A DNA stretch of 55,093 bases, the filler included, from Jimgerdemannia flammicorona (taxonomy: Eukaryota): NCBI GenBank assembly GCA_003990765.1. It is 3 parts of 3 records of this genome, joined end to end, with 100 filler letters (N's around TTAATTAATTAA, not from the genome) between each part and the next. Parts side by side here need not be neighbours in the genome. Positions count along the whole stretch, not along the records: positions 18,400 to 36,696 come from RBNJ01002246.1; positions 36,797 to 55,093 come from RBNJ01002247.1; 1 more part is not named here. One strand, written 5' to 3'. Positions 24,793 through 37,400 of the stretch are shown one piece after another. The notes under the pieces are model-generated. The model saw nothing but the letters and a program-made list of their open reading frames with translations. It was not told the origin of the DNA and made no database searches. Each line of letters starts with the position of its first letter. Position 1 is the first letter of the stretch. Made by a program: the position numbers and the translations under genes.

Positions 24793-25929
24793 ATAGATTC
24801 TTTCTTTTGAAACTATAAATTTAAGAAATTTGAGTTTCTGTTTTCTGAAGTTATATTTCTTAGTATTGAGTCTCAGATGGTTCTTGTGGATAAGCTGAAA
24901 GAATTCTTCTAGATAGTATAGGTGATCTTTAAAATTTGCTAAATAGATATTAAAATTATCTATATATATATAATCAGACAGTAGTGGATCAGTGAGCTAT
25001 AGACTGAGTTCATCTTTCTCTGGAAGGTGGGTAGGGTATATTACAGAGTCCAAAAGGTATTTAGAGATATTTAAACAGTTTTTCTAGAGTAAGAAAGGCT
25101 GTTTTCTGAATGTCCTTAGAGTCTATAGAGATTTTGTAAAATCTTGCAAAAAGATCTATATTGCTGAAGTATCTGATATCTGGTAATTAGTCTAAGAGAT
25201 CATCAATTCTAAACAAAGAGTAGGCATCTTTTTCAGTAACTGAGTTGAGCTTTCTATAATCTACACAGAGTCTTCATCTTCTTTTCTTGGGTATAATAAG
25301 TATAGAGCTAACCCAGAGGCTGGCAGAGAGTCAGATAACTCTATTATCTAAGAGTTTCTGGATATATTCCTTCTTGAATATCTTTAGATAATAAAATATT
25401 CTATTAGACTTCTACTAGATAAGTGTTGTATTTTCTGTATTTATACTATAGTGGTATAATAGATTATATAGCAGATTGCTATAGTCTGTGGTAAAGATAT
25501 CTTGGTATTTATAAAAGAGTTCTACTAGTTGTTACTATTATTGAGATATTAGTTCTTCTTTAATGTTGGTAAAAGACTTCACTTTCTCCTAGGTTAAAAA
25601 GAGGTCTTTTCTTTCTTCTGGGACCTTCTGTCATTTTTTTATAGATTTAATTTATAAACTTCTTTGTATATTTAATTGAGATAGAGCACTAGATAGTCTA
25701 TAATGGTTCTTTTTGGCAAAATGAGACCTTTTTAGCTTTGGTTAATTATCTGAGAGTATATAGGATTTATCATATCAGAAAATATATATCTTTCTATATT
25801 TAGATTCTTTCAAAGATAGTTTGCTCTCTTAGTTCTAGAATGAGATTCTTATATAGCTTGACTGGTTCACAGTATACTTACTGAGGGGTATTTTTTTAAA
25901 AATAGTTAACCTAGAGGAGATATACTTCT

Positions 25930-26320
25930 TTTTTATCTGAGCTTTCAAATCCTTTAGTTTGTCTTATGTCTTGAGTCAGCTTAGAGATCTCTTATAGTTG
26001 AGAAGTCTTGACCTCTATGAAGATTACTTGTGTAATCTTTTATTCTTTATCAATTTAGTATTATTCTATATTACTATTGTTCAGAATAACCTTAATTTTA
26101 TCTATATATCCAGAGTCTATTATTTCTCCTTCTATAGTTATTTCTTATTTAGTGAGTCTAAATCTTGAGACTAGTTAGATATAAATTTCTTTGGATGACT
26201 ATATGGCTAGTTCTGTTCTGAGTACTATTATTTTTCCAGACTTGATAGATTTATCTTTAAGGCTGTAGAGATTATATTCCACATCTTTTTAGTAAGCTTT
26301 GGTTGGGGGTTTGGTCCTGA
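25930..26320 (-). pseudogene. dUTPase domain of Gypsy B, degenerate
   Basis: PPTKAY..DVEYNLYS, GEIIDSGYIDKIKVIL (motif 3) and RQTKGFESSD (motif 5). Confidence 0.8.
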
Positions 26321-29300
26321 AATATAGTAAGATATATTGAGCAATATCTTTACTAAGTTTGGGTTATCCTTAGGCTAAGACTCTAGTGAAAATAAGTTCC
26401 CAGGCTCTAAGATTAAGGTGTAGCCATCTGGCTCCAGTAGAGGGGTCTTAGAGATAATTGATTCCTTGGATCTAGAGCTTCTATGAAATTGATGGTATCT
26501 TCTATCCATCCTTAATAAGTGGTATGTCTGATGAGAGCTAGAATGTTATCTCTTAGATCATAGATCTTGAGAACCTTCTTCTTTAGTTTTTAGGTTTAGT
26601 TTCTTTGGATCTGAGCTCTATTATTTTCTTTTTTTAGTATATATATAGTAATATTTTGGCTAAGGTGAATCTTCTGATATAGATAGTCTTAGCCGTCTGA
26701 GTATCTTCTATATTATAATATTCTATTGCTCAAAAATATAGTTCTTAGTTATTGATTTCTTACTACCTTGGGAATCAGTATCATAAGTTAGGAAAAGAGT
26801 GGCTAAGAGCTATACCTCTATTCAGATGAAGTGGTCTTATTCATTGACTCATTTTTTCAATATAGTGGTAGTTTTTTGAAAAGTAGTTGTCTATATAATT
26901 GATTAGAGATTCTGGTCTACAGTATCTCTATTTTTCTTACTTTAACTAGTTTTAATTATTAATAATAATGAGTGAAATAAATACAGCAATTCAGTAGTAA
27001 TAGGTTCAATAGGTAGCACTGATAGCAGTAGTCTTGAAGAGAGTAGAAGACTATTTGATACTGATATCTTCCTAGCTGAAAGACTCTTTTCTGATATATT
27101 TCTTATCTTTGAATAATAATGACTATACTTGATTCTTCTTCAGTATTTCAAGAGTTATTATCTTCTGATAGTACATATCTAGTGAGAGTTATCTCAGAAG
27201 ATGAGTTCAGAAAGCTTTTTCTGTTTGAGAACTTCTTATTCAGAAGTTTTTTCTTTAGATACTTCTTGACTCCAAATTGCTTATACTTTTATAGATTTAG
27301 TTGTAGATATTTTTAGAATACAGTTATATTTCTTCTTTCTTCTTCTATACTTAGAGTAGGCTATATCAGACAAATTCCTTATTCTAATGATCTTTGAGAA
27401 GTATTCGGAGTACTTGTATTTTTTGAGATAAGTGAAGCATCCTTTAATTTATTCTACAATGGCTCTGATAGTAATAGAGATAATATCTTTAACTCATATA
27501 TTATCTTCTGGTCTATCATCTACTAGATTGATTTATGGGTTGAGTCTGGGATTATTTCTATTCTCAGATTCTTCTTTTTCTTCTATAGTAGATTCTTCAC
27601 TACTAGTATACTCTTCCTAGATAGTAATCTTCTTCTTTTTCTTCAATTACTTATATCTGATTACTTTAATTCTGTACTTCTTCTCTCTGTAGTTAAATTT
27701 GAGCACTTATTAGCCAATGTCAATAATTGTATTCATTTTCTTTATCTAGTTGATACTAAGAATCATATTATAGATAATAGCTTCAGTAATAACAGCTTTT
27801 AGAATAAAAAACTGAATATGTTTCAGAGAGATAGTAATGTTTGTACTTCTCTAAGAGATTGAGTTTGGGCTCCATCTGCTACTATAATACTAAGGTTAGA
27901 TGGTCTATTAATAGACCACTGAATGGTGTCTGGAAATTATTTAGTAATGATATAGATAGCTACTTCTGTATTAATATAGATTTTTATCTTTTGTCCTCTA
28001 ATATCTCTATATAAGCATATACTAATATATCTTTCTATAGCCTGGATAGTAGTTAGTGCTAGTTCTTATTGTGGGATTGAGACTTAGTCAGTACTGGATC
28101 TTATAGTTCTTAATAGTTTATTTGGAACTCCAGTAGATATTAGTTGTAGAAACTATAGAAGAGAGACTTCTATCTTGGCTTCTTGAATCTTTTACCAGAC
28201 TTCATTATAGATATCTCTAGATATAATCTTCAGGGTATACTTCTTCTTGAACTTTAAGATAATAGACTCTTGTTCTTCTTGTTTCATTTCTTCATTCTCT
28301 GGTAGTAGTTTATTTGTTTTGAGAACAAAAGGTGAGAGAGACTATGGAAGTATTTCTACCTACTCTTCTTTATATTTTTTATCTTCTTTTTAGACAATCT
28401 TTCTATTGGTATTTCTGAATGGTCTTTCTATAGATCTCTTTCTTTTCTCTACTAGGTAGACTATCTTCTTAGTAATGATCTTGATTGGATATAAGTTTAG
28501 ATTACTGTAATTTTCACTATTGCTTTTTTTTTTCAAAGTTTTCAATAGAGTGAGCTTCAGTCTTCTTATACTAGGTTTCATTCTTTTGACTTAGTAGTTC
28601 TGAGTCCCTTTAATTACTTCTCCTATTATCATATTCTGTAATATAATATCTAAACTATCTATAGTAAAAGTATTGAACTTAAGCTCTATCTTAGACAGAG
28701 TACTTTCTTTCTTCTTATAGCTAGTGACTCCTGTTATCTCTAGATAAGTAATCTTGATTTCTTTATAATATATACCCTCTGTTGTCCTATTAGTAGCTTT
28801 AATTTTTACATATAGTGAGTTTTTCAATTTACTCAATCAATTGATCTAGCTTAAAGTTGAGGTCTTGGATTTCATTTCTTCTTTCTTCTATTTCTTAGCT
28901 AACTTTTCTTCTTCAGATCTTTCTTATTCTTAGAAAAGTCTTTGCAGAGTCTTGACCAGAAGGTCTTCTTTATTATTCTTCTTAATGTACTTGATCCAGA
29001 TAGTTTAAAATTAAAGTAACCTTAGGCTACATTTATTTATTCTTCTAGTTTTCTGATATTTAGGATATAAATATACTGAAGGGATTTTATTCATAAAGGT
29101 TATTAGACTAATGATATTCTGATTAATAGAGTTGAATCTAGTAGTATGTATTCTCTTCTGAATTCTTATAAAGAATATACTGGGTAATTCTTTAAGATTT
29201 ATCTTTATTTTTATAATAGATTCTTGGGTCTTATAGCAGATCTTATTTCTTGTATACTTTTTAACTAACCAGTAGCAAATGACTTCATAATCTTTTATCT

Positions 29301-30113
29301 AGTTCATTATATTGGCCAGAGCAATTTTAAGGTCTGAGTTGGGATTATCTTTTGCTTGAATAAATATCTTTAACTAGTTCTCTTAGTTGGTCTCTAAAGA
29401 TGACTATCTTTCTCTGACTTGTCAAATTCTTCAAAATAGTAATTTCTTCAATTGTAATAAGAAATTTTCTAGGATCCTCTTCTGGGTATCCTGTAAATAT
29501 TAGTATTGGAATAGCCATTTTGTCATCACTTTCTTCTAGCTCTTATTCTGATTTAATTTCAATTTCTGATAAATTGTCTGAACTTGTAGAGCTTGGGTAA
29601 CCAGTAGCTGTGGTTACTAGTCTTGGAGATAGTCTGGCTGGACTTAGTAGTCTTGACTAGGGTTTCTGGTTCAACTTCTGATTGTGTGTCTGCTGGTCCT
29701 GGTAGTGGATCAATGGGAGAGATTTTTAGGAGATTTCTGCTGATATAATTATTGAGTTATATCAAAGTATTCAGACTTGCAAACTATCTATCTTCAGAAG
29801 AATCACAGCCAAAGGATCCTCAAGAAGAACCTAGCACTACACAAAACCTACCAGCAGACCCACAACTCACCAATACTTCAGAAGAGTTCACAGACTGAGC
29901 ATATAAATAGCTACCACAACCAACTGAAGCAGGACAGCCAGACAATCTTGACAACCTTCTGGAGGTAATTACTTCTCTTTCTGTCCAAACACTGCTGATA
30001 ATTCTGTTTTCTGTAGTAGCTGAGACTGGCATTGGATCAAAAGTATTATTGGTATCCAGTTTGAATGTTGGATTCTTGTGAGCTGAAAAGTCATGTAGAT
30101 TTTAAAGAAAATC

Positions 30114-30131
30114 TTCCCTGTTGAGCCCCAA
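30114..30131 (-). promoter_or_regulatory. Primer-binding site, tRNA-Pro-like
   Basis: tggggctcaacagggaa directly after the LTR resembles the tRNA-Pro PBS TGGGGGCTCGTCCGGGAT. Confidence 0.65.
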
Positions 30132-30132
30132 A

Positions 30133-31175
30133 TGTAATGTGCTGGCTCAATAGAGGCAAATTACAAGGTTGGAGGTGCTATGTAGTTTGGCTTGAGCCCT
30201 CAGTTACTTTGTCAAAAAGCAACAAAATGTTCTATAATTCCTGACATCCTTGGTATTGGTGTTTTGTGGTATAATATTCAAATCTGGATACAGTGGTCGA
30301 TTCTGGCGGATATCCTAATCGGGACGGTTCTTTGGTGTGTAAGCGATTTCGTATGACGGTCTCTGTGAGTGGATTTCCTTCTTGAATGGCGGACGATCTC
30401 TGTGTAGCACGAGCGGACTCCTTATGTACGCGATTTCTGCGTGACGATCTTGTATAGCGCGAGTGGATTCCTTATGCGGATTTCTTCAAAAATGGCAGAT
30501 GACACGGATTCTTCCTGAATCGGCATAACTCGGATGGCGGGGATAACTTGGTCGGCAGATAATTAACTTGGATAACTCGGATGGCGCGGATAACTTGGTC
30601 GGCGGATAACTTGGATAGCGGATTCTTCCTGAATCGGCGGACTTCTGGCTTTGTCTGGCAAGCGTACCAAAATATAGCGGATTTCTGAAGTTCTTCACTC
30701 GAACTTGGCATATTTCTTAGGCTTTGTATCGGAAAGTGGACCAGAGTGGAAAAGGGGAACCAAGCTCACAATCTCCTAGTAGTGGCTTTAGAGTGGGCAT
30801 TTCTCCTAAGTGTTGCAATCCTTTCCTTGGATCAAGTGGCTCTTGGCAGGCATATCCCTCAAAGTGTAGTAGGCAGACTTGTCCTTTGCTTTGGTTTGTG
30901 TTTCAACTTTTCAGACTGAGGTTTATTCACTCTTGTCTCTGGGGTATTTTATACAAGTTGGTTGCTACCTGGTTGTATGTGGCTAACTATAGAATGGTTA
31001 AATTTGGTGTGTGACTTCCTCCATACTCTCAGGGTACAGTAGGGTACAGTTGTTTTGTTCTCATCTGGCTATTTGTATGTGATTTCCACAGCAACTGGGT
31101 AACTATGTATATAGGTAACTATGGTGTACTAAGTATTCACGTCATCTGGTTATACCATGTTGTTCGCACGTCATA
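30133..31175 (-). repeat. 5' LTR of Gypsy B (about 1.04 kb) with CpG-rich internal repeats
   Basis: tgtaat at 30133 next to the PBS, and cgtcata at 31175 (mutated TGTGACG on minus). Repeats cggattcttcctgaatcggc and ggataacttggtcggc lie at 30500-30640. Confidence 0.78.
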
Positions 31176-31237
31176 ATAGAATTTTTTGGTGTAAAGCTTT
31201 GACTCGATCAGATACTGCGTAATCTTATTACAAATGT

Positions 31238-31747
31238 CTAATTAGAAAATTGAAGATAAAAGCGAAGCAAACGCATTTTCGAAGGCAAGTCCACCGAAGG
31301 ATTCGCCATTGTAATCACGAGGTCCACACTGAGCCGGCCCCTATTCACATTTTGCACAAGCTCCAACTTGAATCTTTCGAACTCTTCCTTGACCTGGTAA
31401 AAGCGCTCCTCGACGAAGTCCCAGAAGATTCCCCAGTCAGGGCAGACGCAGGCGCGGCGCTCCACCGATTTGAGCCTTTTCAACATATCTTTTCGATTCC
31501 TACTGTCCGCGGGGACCTCTGCCGTTGCCGCCACCAGCCGCGCCGGTTCTGAGTCCAGGAATCGCAATTCCAACACGGAGCTGCTCCAACGTTTTTGGCT
31601 CCTCGTTAGGACGTGGTCGTAGATCATCTGGATGAAGCGCACTATGAAAACACCGTATAACTGCATCATGGAGCTGAGGCGGGATACCTCGTTTTCAGGT
31701 GATGGGGAACGATGTGAGGTATAATGACGGGAGGATATGTTGCCCAT
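31238..31747 (-). CDS. Hypothetical 169-aa protein, possible N-myristoylation
   Basis: Intact ATG ORF in non-hypermutated DNA, N-terminus MGNISS, and TATAAA on minus near 31850. No family recognised. Confidence 0.5.
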   Translation of the reverse strand: MGNISSRHYTSHRSPSPENEVSRLSSMMQLYGVFIVRFIQMIYDHVLTRSQKRWSSSVLELRFLDSEPARLVAATAEVPADSRNRKDMLKRLKSVERRACVCPDWGIFWDFVEERFYQVKEEFERFKLELVQNVNRGRLSVDLVITMANPSVDLPSKMRLLRFYLQFSN

Positions 31748-34700
31748 GTTGGATTAGCTAATAGGACAGTAAGGCGTTGGTGTAAGATATAAAATGTAGA
31801 ATCAAGTTGTTTCTGAGATTTTAGATTGAGAGCTCAACATGGTGTTTTATAGATTCGGCCTCCTCTTTTAAAAGAAAAATAACGAGGAGAACCAGCATGT
31901 ACATCGTTAGGGGAACCCTCTTCGGCGGTTTTTCATTGCGTTAGTCACATCAACAAGTAATTTCGGAAGTGCTCCGGAGATGTTTTGACAGATGTCAGAC
32001 CGATGCGGGGTTTTGTTTGTGGGGTAGTATGCTTTTTGCATTGCGGAGTAATTGCCGCGTGATTCGCTTGGCGTAAAGCATTCCGAAACAGGGAATCGGT
32101 ATAATTGTAACCACTGCGTTGTCGCATTCGGGGTATCATTAGTGCAGTTTGTAACATAATCGGTACCTAGAGCTTATAAATTTTAATGAGCGGATATACG
32201 TCGATTGAGGAATTGATGACGGGAGTGCAATTTTATGGGACTCCTTGCAACGACGTTTTCCACACGAAATGGTCAGAATTCTTCCAAGTGACGGGTGGAC
32301 GAGAACCTCATTGTGCGTTCTGCGGCCTCCAGGTTGTCATACCCACCCGCTTACAAAGACAGGTTTTCGGTCATGCGACTCGTCATGTTAGGGTCAAGTA
32401 TCCATCGCAGGTCCGAGGTTCATTTCGTAGACAATTACAATTTTCATTTCACACTGAATCAGGCTGACCCGTAAACGGTTGAGGTTTTGGTTATTCCGTT
32501 TCATTCGTGTTGGTCAATCAAAGAAAAGCCGCCCGAAACGTAACCTTCATAAATGCCAAAGGGAAAAGCCCCATTGCTTACGAGAGGGTCGAGCACATGC
32601 TTTCATGTGAAATTGTCGACGAGAAGCAGGCGCAGCTGCGGGTGGGGTGGCGGCTGAGCCTGATGCGGTCCAATCGTATCAGTCTGATCCAAACGGTGAG
32701 CGCCACAGAGAAACCCGAGAGTGAATAAAGCGAAATTGGTCTAACCAACGCCATGTCTTCCAACAGACAAAGGAGCTGCTCCTTCGACATGAAATTCGTG
32801 AGAAAGCAGCAACTGGCCGCCATTGCCAATTCTTCGTCTTTGGTAAGTCGCATCCTGAGTTTAAGTGCTTCGTCAAATATACTGTCAACCACATAAAATT
32901 CGTATATATCAGGAAGGCGCTGCTAAGCACCTCTACGTCTCGTAACCTTTTCTCTCGTCTCACTTACATAGACCAGCCAACAAAAGTCGTCAACCCACTC
33001 ATGGAACCAAATCAAATGCCGGAGCGAAGCCTTGGTCATCGACCGCGTTCAGCAATGGACGAGTTTGATTCTAAAGGTATTTAGCTTGCGTAGTAACTTT
33101 GTTTGGGACCCGGCACACATAGAAGGACATTCTTTGCATCGGAGGTTTCGAGTCAGATAGTCGTGTCAATGACAACTGCGGGTCAGGGGAGCGGTGAACA
33201 GAATGATTGAGTTTTCTAAGCTACTGCCAGGGTTATTGACAACCCTCCGAGCGTTTCTGTACTCTGTTAACCCAGGTACTATCTTATGTTTTTAACTGAC
33301 TTAGGGTAGCAAGCAGTTAACGGACTTGCGACAACTGCATATGATTACGTTGTCTTGTTTATCCCCTCCAAGTGTTTTTTTTTTTTTTTTGCATGGTTTT
33401 TATAGTACGTCAAGGTGGAGTAAATAGGATGACCATAGCGCTGATAGCTGCTAGGTGAAAGTCGCGGGGAGTAGTGATGGAGGGAGCCGATGTGTGCATG
33501 AATAGAGAGAGATGAGACGCTCGAGACCGCAAAGCCAGTGGGATCCCCGGTACAGACCTTCCGCGTCACGAAGCAAGTAGGCTACTGTCTGCGAAATGAG
33601 GACCGAATCCTTTTCATATGGTACGTCATCATTTTCTTGGTATCCTCTTTGTTCAGGATGTTAGGATGTTAGTGGTGAAATTCTCAACGTCTTTGCAGAG
33701 AGTACTAAACTGATGCTCCCGTCCGTCAACGATCTCGCCACCTTTCTCGATCAGCCTCCCCCTGACGATGATTTGTCATCAATATACTCTAGAAGACATA
33801 GATATCGTATTTCGGATCGGTGACGTGAGAAAGTCGACACGCTCATTTTCGGCGTGGTGGGGTTGGCACTCTGGCGGAAACCACTTCTCCGCAAAGGGAC
33901 CGAGGCCTCTTCCACTCGTTCATGAAGACAATGACACCCCCGTTCGAGTTACCTCCCAGCATCTAAGAATAATTTGGACCTATGACACAACGGGTAAGCC
34001 TCATATCCATATTTGTGAATAATATGTAATTGCATATATAATGTATTCGCTATGTACTCAATGTTTCTTTCTGTTGTCACATACTATTGCACAACTGGGT
34101 TCATTTGATTATAGTTGCCATTTGTTGGATCGTAGGGCAACACGAATTTCGAGTTCGCATCTACAGTGGACGCGAGACCGCATCTACCACATGCGACAGA
34201 TGATCAATATATGCTCACCCATAAAATCGACGGCGAAAGAGAATATATCTCGCTGCATGCCAGGATTCCTTCCGATTATCAGTGAGTCGAGGACCTTTAT
34301 TTTATTTTATTTTGTTGAGAGGCCATTCCGCCGCAGAGAGCATCTGGCCATCGAGGCGTCCGGCATGGACATCAATTAGATCTACACGGGTCTGGAAAGC
34401 GACGGTTGCTCGTTCTCGAACTTTGCTCGAACATGACAATCCGCGGCACCCCGGCATCCTTTCAAGGGGGAAGGATGCAAGACTCGTCATCGGTTTTCGA
34501 ACAGTAGGCACCGTCTTCCTCATTTCATGTGCTTTAGAATTAATACTCTCGCTGTACTCTAGCAATATGGGCATAATTATACTCCCCAACTATAGCGTTT
34601 AATAGAGGATCGGTTTGGTTTTCGTCGATCGTTGCAACTCTTGTTCTATTCAGTATGTCATTCCAGTCGTCCGACACGTCTGAATCGCGCATACAGTTGT

Positions 34701-35069
34701 TTTGTAAAGGGAAATTTTGAAGAAATTTCGTGTTTGAAGACTTAGTAGTTCGTAGCTTGAACCTTTAAATGAAGGCGTATGAAGGCAAGCCAGCTTGTCT
34801 TGATTAAACGCGGTCTCGGCTATACTGATGGTGCTGACCAAGTTGCGGCGGAGTGAACGTCAATAGATATAGTGTTGCATTACATCATATTGTGGACAAT
34901 GCAAAGCTCGTGGACTCGACATTCGAGTTGTCAGACAGCGACAAGTTAAAATATTCAACGGGACGCCCTTTGGACTATGATGCTTGGCCTTAATGATATG
35001 TTTAGTATATATTAAAGTCATGGATTTTATATTTGAATGTGGGGAGTTATGTTTATTGTTCGTTTTGTG

Positions 35070-35101
<32 letters not shown>

Positions 35102-36696
35102 TGTCCCTTTGAGAATTCAATTGCCAACAGGAAGATCCCGAAATAAGGTGGCACCTGGGAAGCATAGTGGGTAATTGACGATTGCACGGACGGACCGTGT
35201 GCGCGGGTTGAATTCCAATCCACATAGGTACAACGAATTTCGCATGCAGGTGCGTATATTCGTTGGATGGTGGTCGGTTTCTGCACGGCATCGTAACTAC
35301 ACCAATATTTTTTGCCGTGACCTTCAGCAATTCGCGTCATTCTCATTTGCGTGTGTACTATATATACATTACGAACACGGAATCCGTGATCAAAGGGCTG
35401 GAATCATAATATGTACACCTCTTCTCAGCCTGGGGGGCTTCTTCATTAAGATACACATATAGGTATACTAGAATGATTTGGTGAGAGAGGGAAGGGATAA
35501 GTATTTAGAGGTATAATCCGCAAAACATGCCCAATCCAAGAACTCTAACCAGATGCCTGAGCGTAAAAATCATGCAATTCCGCCATTCCAAGGCGTGCAG
35601 GTTTGTTGCCAAATCAACATAATTATGCGATCGTCTCTTATCTGACTAAGGATGTATTTTGCTATTTTATTATGCCCTGTGTTACGATATACATCCAAGC
35701 CTGTCTTACTAACCGCACTGCTTCAGATTCAACTGATCGACAGCCCGACAGCGCACGGTCCAGCGATCTTCTACAGACAGCGGATTTAATTCTCACGTAA
35801 GCTGAAACTCAGCACCTCTTTACGAATATCCATGCGGCTATTGAATTGTGGCGCGCAAAGAGAGCCTGCTCAAAGAAGTTTACAAACAATGGGCACGCCA
35901 TTATAGCTCGCAATGGTTTGCAAAATTACCAATCAAACAATACCATTGCACACCGTTCGGAATTTTCGGATAAGTAAATAATAATAATGAAATACGAGCC
36001 TTCTACGACACAATGCCTAAGAATGCTGGAAAACGACCACATTGAACAATAAACAAAAAAAAAAAAAAAAAAAAAAAAAAACGAACCATTCCATCATATT
36101 ATATCCGCGGGGGGACGTAAAAGGGTGAGGAAACCCTCCGTTTACCGCGCTCAATAATGATAATGGAGATGGAATGTCAATGCGTGGACTATGTCAGGTT
36201 ACACGCGAAGCCCTGCTTGTCGGCGGCTGAGTTCGAATTGCTGGTGGAATTGGGGTCGTGGGGTGGTAGAATGTCAAAATTTAATCTCAATATTGGATGG
36301 TAGTTGCATAGAGCATTGGAGGGAGGTGCTAAGCTGGGCGCCAACGGCGATTATATCGGGGTTTAATGGAGATGGAAGGGGATGTTCTTGTGGAAGCGCC
36401 AGATCCGCTATTACTCGTGTTCCTTTCTGTCGTTGTTTACCGAGGCATTCCGCATCCCGTGGGAAAAAATAGTCCGTCCCATGGTCTCAGTAATGACGAA
36501 TGTGGCGTCCGAGACTCCTGTCAGCTTGAAAAAAGAGGCAGCCCCACATTGTGGGGATATAGTGACGTCATCCTACCCCGAATTGGGTTAGACAAGAAAC
36601 CTTTGACAGGTACTCTAACCCCGGTCTTCCCTTCAAAAAGGTAGATATTTAAATTTAAGGTGGTTTATTTTATTTATTTATTAAAAAAAAAAAAAA

Positions 36697-36796
36697 NNNN
36701 NNNNNNNNNNNNNNNNNNNNNNNNNNNNNNNNNNNNNNNNTTAATTAATTAANNNNNNNNNNNNNNNNNNNNNNNNNNNNNNNNNNNNNNNNNNNN
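36697..36796. other. Artificial contig linker
   Basis: 44 N + TTAATTAATTAA + 44 N. Confidence 0.97.
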
Positions 36797-37400
36797 CCCC
36801 CCCTACTCTCTCTCAATAAAAGACCACTTTATCAACTACCATCTCTATCTATCCACCACTCTGTTCACAGATCTCTTCTATCAGATAGTGACATCACTCA
36901 CTCTAGGGACTCCAACTAATTCACCACTCAGTCAGCAGATCTCCCAACAACTTCTCTCATCTTAACAACTTCTCTTATATACCTATCTGTTACTTTTTCT
37001 CAAAAACAAAAAGCTAATGTCCAGCCAACCCTACCCACACTACTAAAACTCACTCTATAGTGAGCCAACCATTGCTGATACCTCCCACTAATTGAGATTT
37101 CAAATCCTTCCAGCAATCTCTCTCCCTATCTAACCTCCTCTCCATACTCAGCTGGTCCCCTACTGCTATCCAAAAGTCCCCCAGAACCTCACACTCTCAC
37201 AGCCAATGTTCTGGCATTTGTACAAATCCCCTAACTTGCTCTATATTATAACACTCCTCATAATATAATCAGCCACCATCTACTAGATGTCTAGCATAGA
37301 AATTCAACATAACATTCCTCTACAATATCTGCCATCATACCACCCAGAACTTGGAAGGAAGCCATCTCTACACCTCAGCACTCTATGACTAGACTCCTGC
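36797..37400 (-). repeat. Degenerate LINE-like 3' fragment
   Basis: Homologous to 1-163, with a G-rich minus strand. Confidence 0.4.

Larger units (their letters stand above)
24793..31175 (-). mobile_element. Ty3/Gypsy family B (LTR-PBS-gag-PR-dUTPase-RT), 3' part lost
   Basis: gag MAIPILIFTGYPEEDP near 29517; protease KIYINTEVA...MILSIN at about 27720-28000; RT LCVDYRKLN, FRIDDLLD and YIDN at 24793-25560. Confidence 0.88.

Noticed and set aside
30490..30650. CRISPR-like repeats (also 21229-21395 and 21727-21930)
   Set aside because: Irregular tandem repeats without unique spacers, inside LTRs, with no cas genes, in a eukaryotic context.
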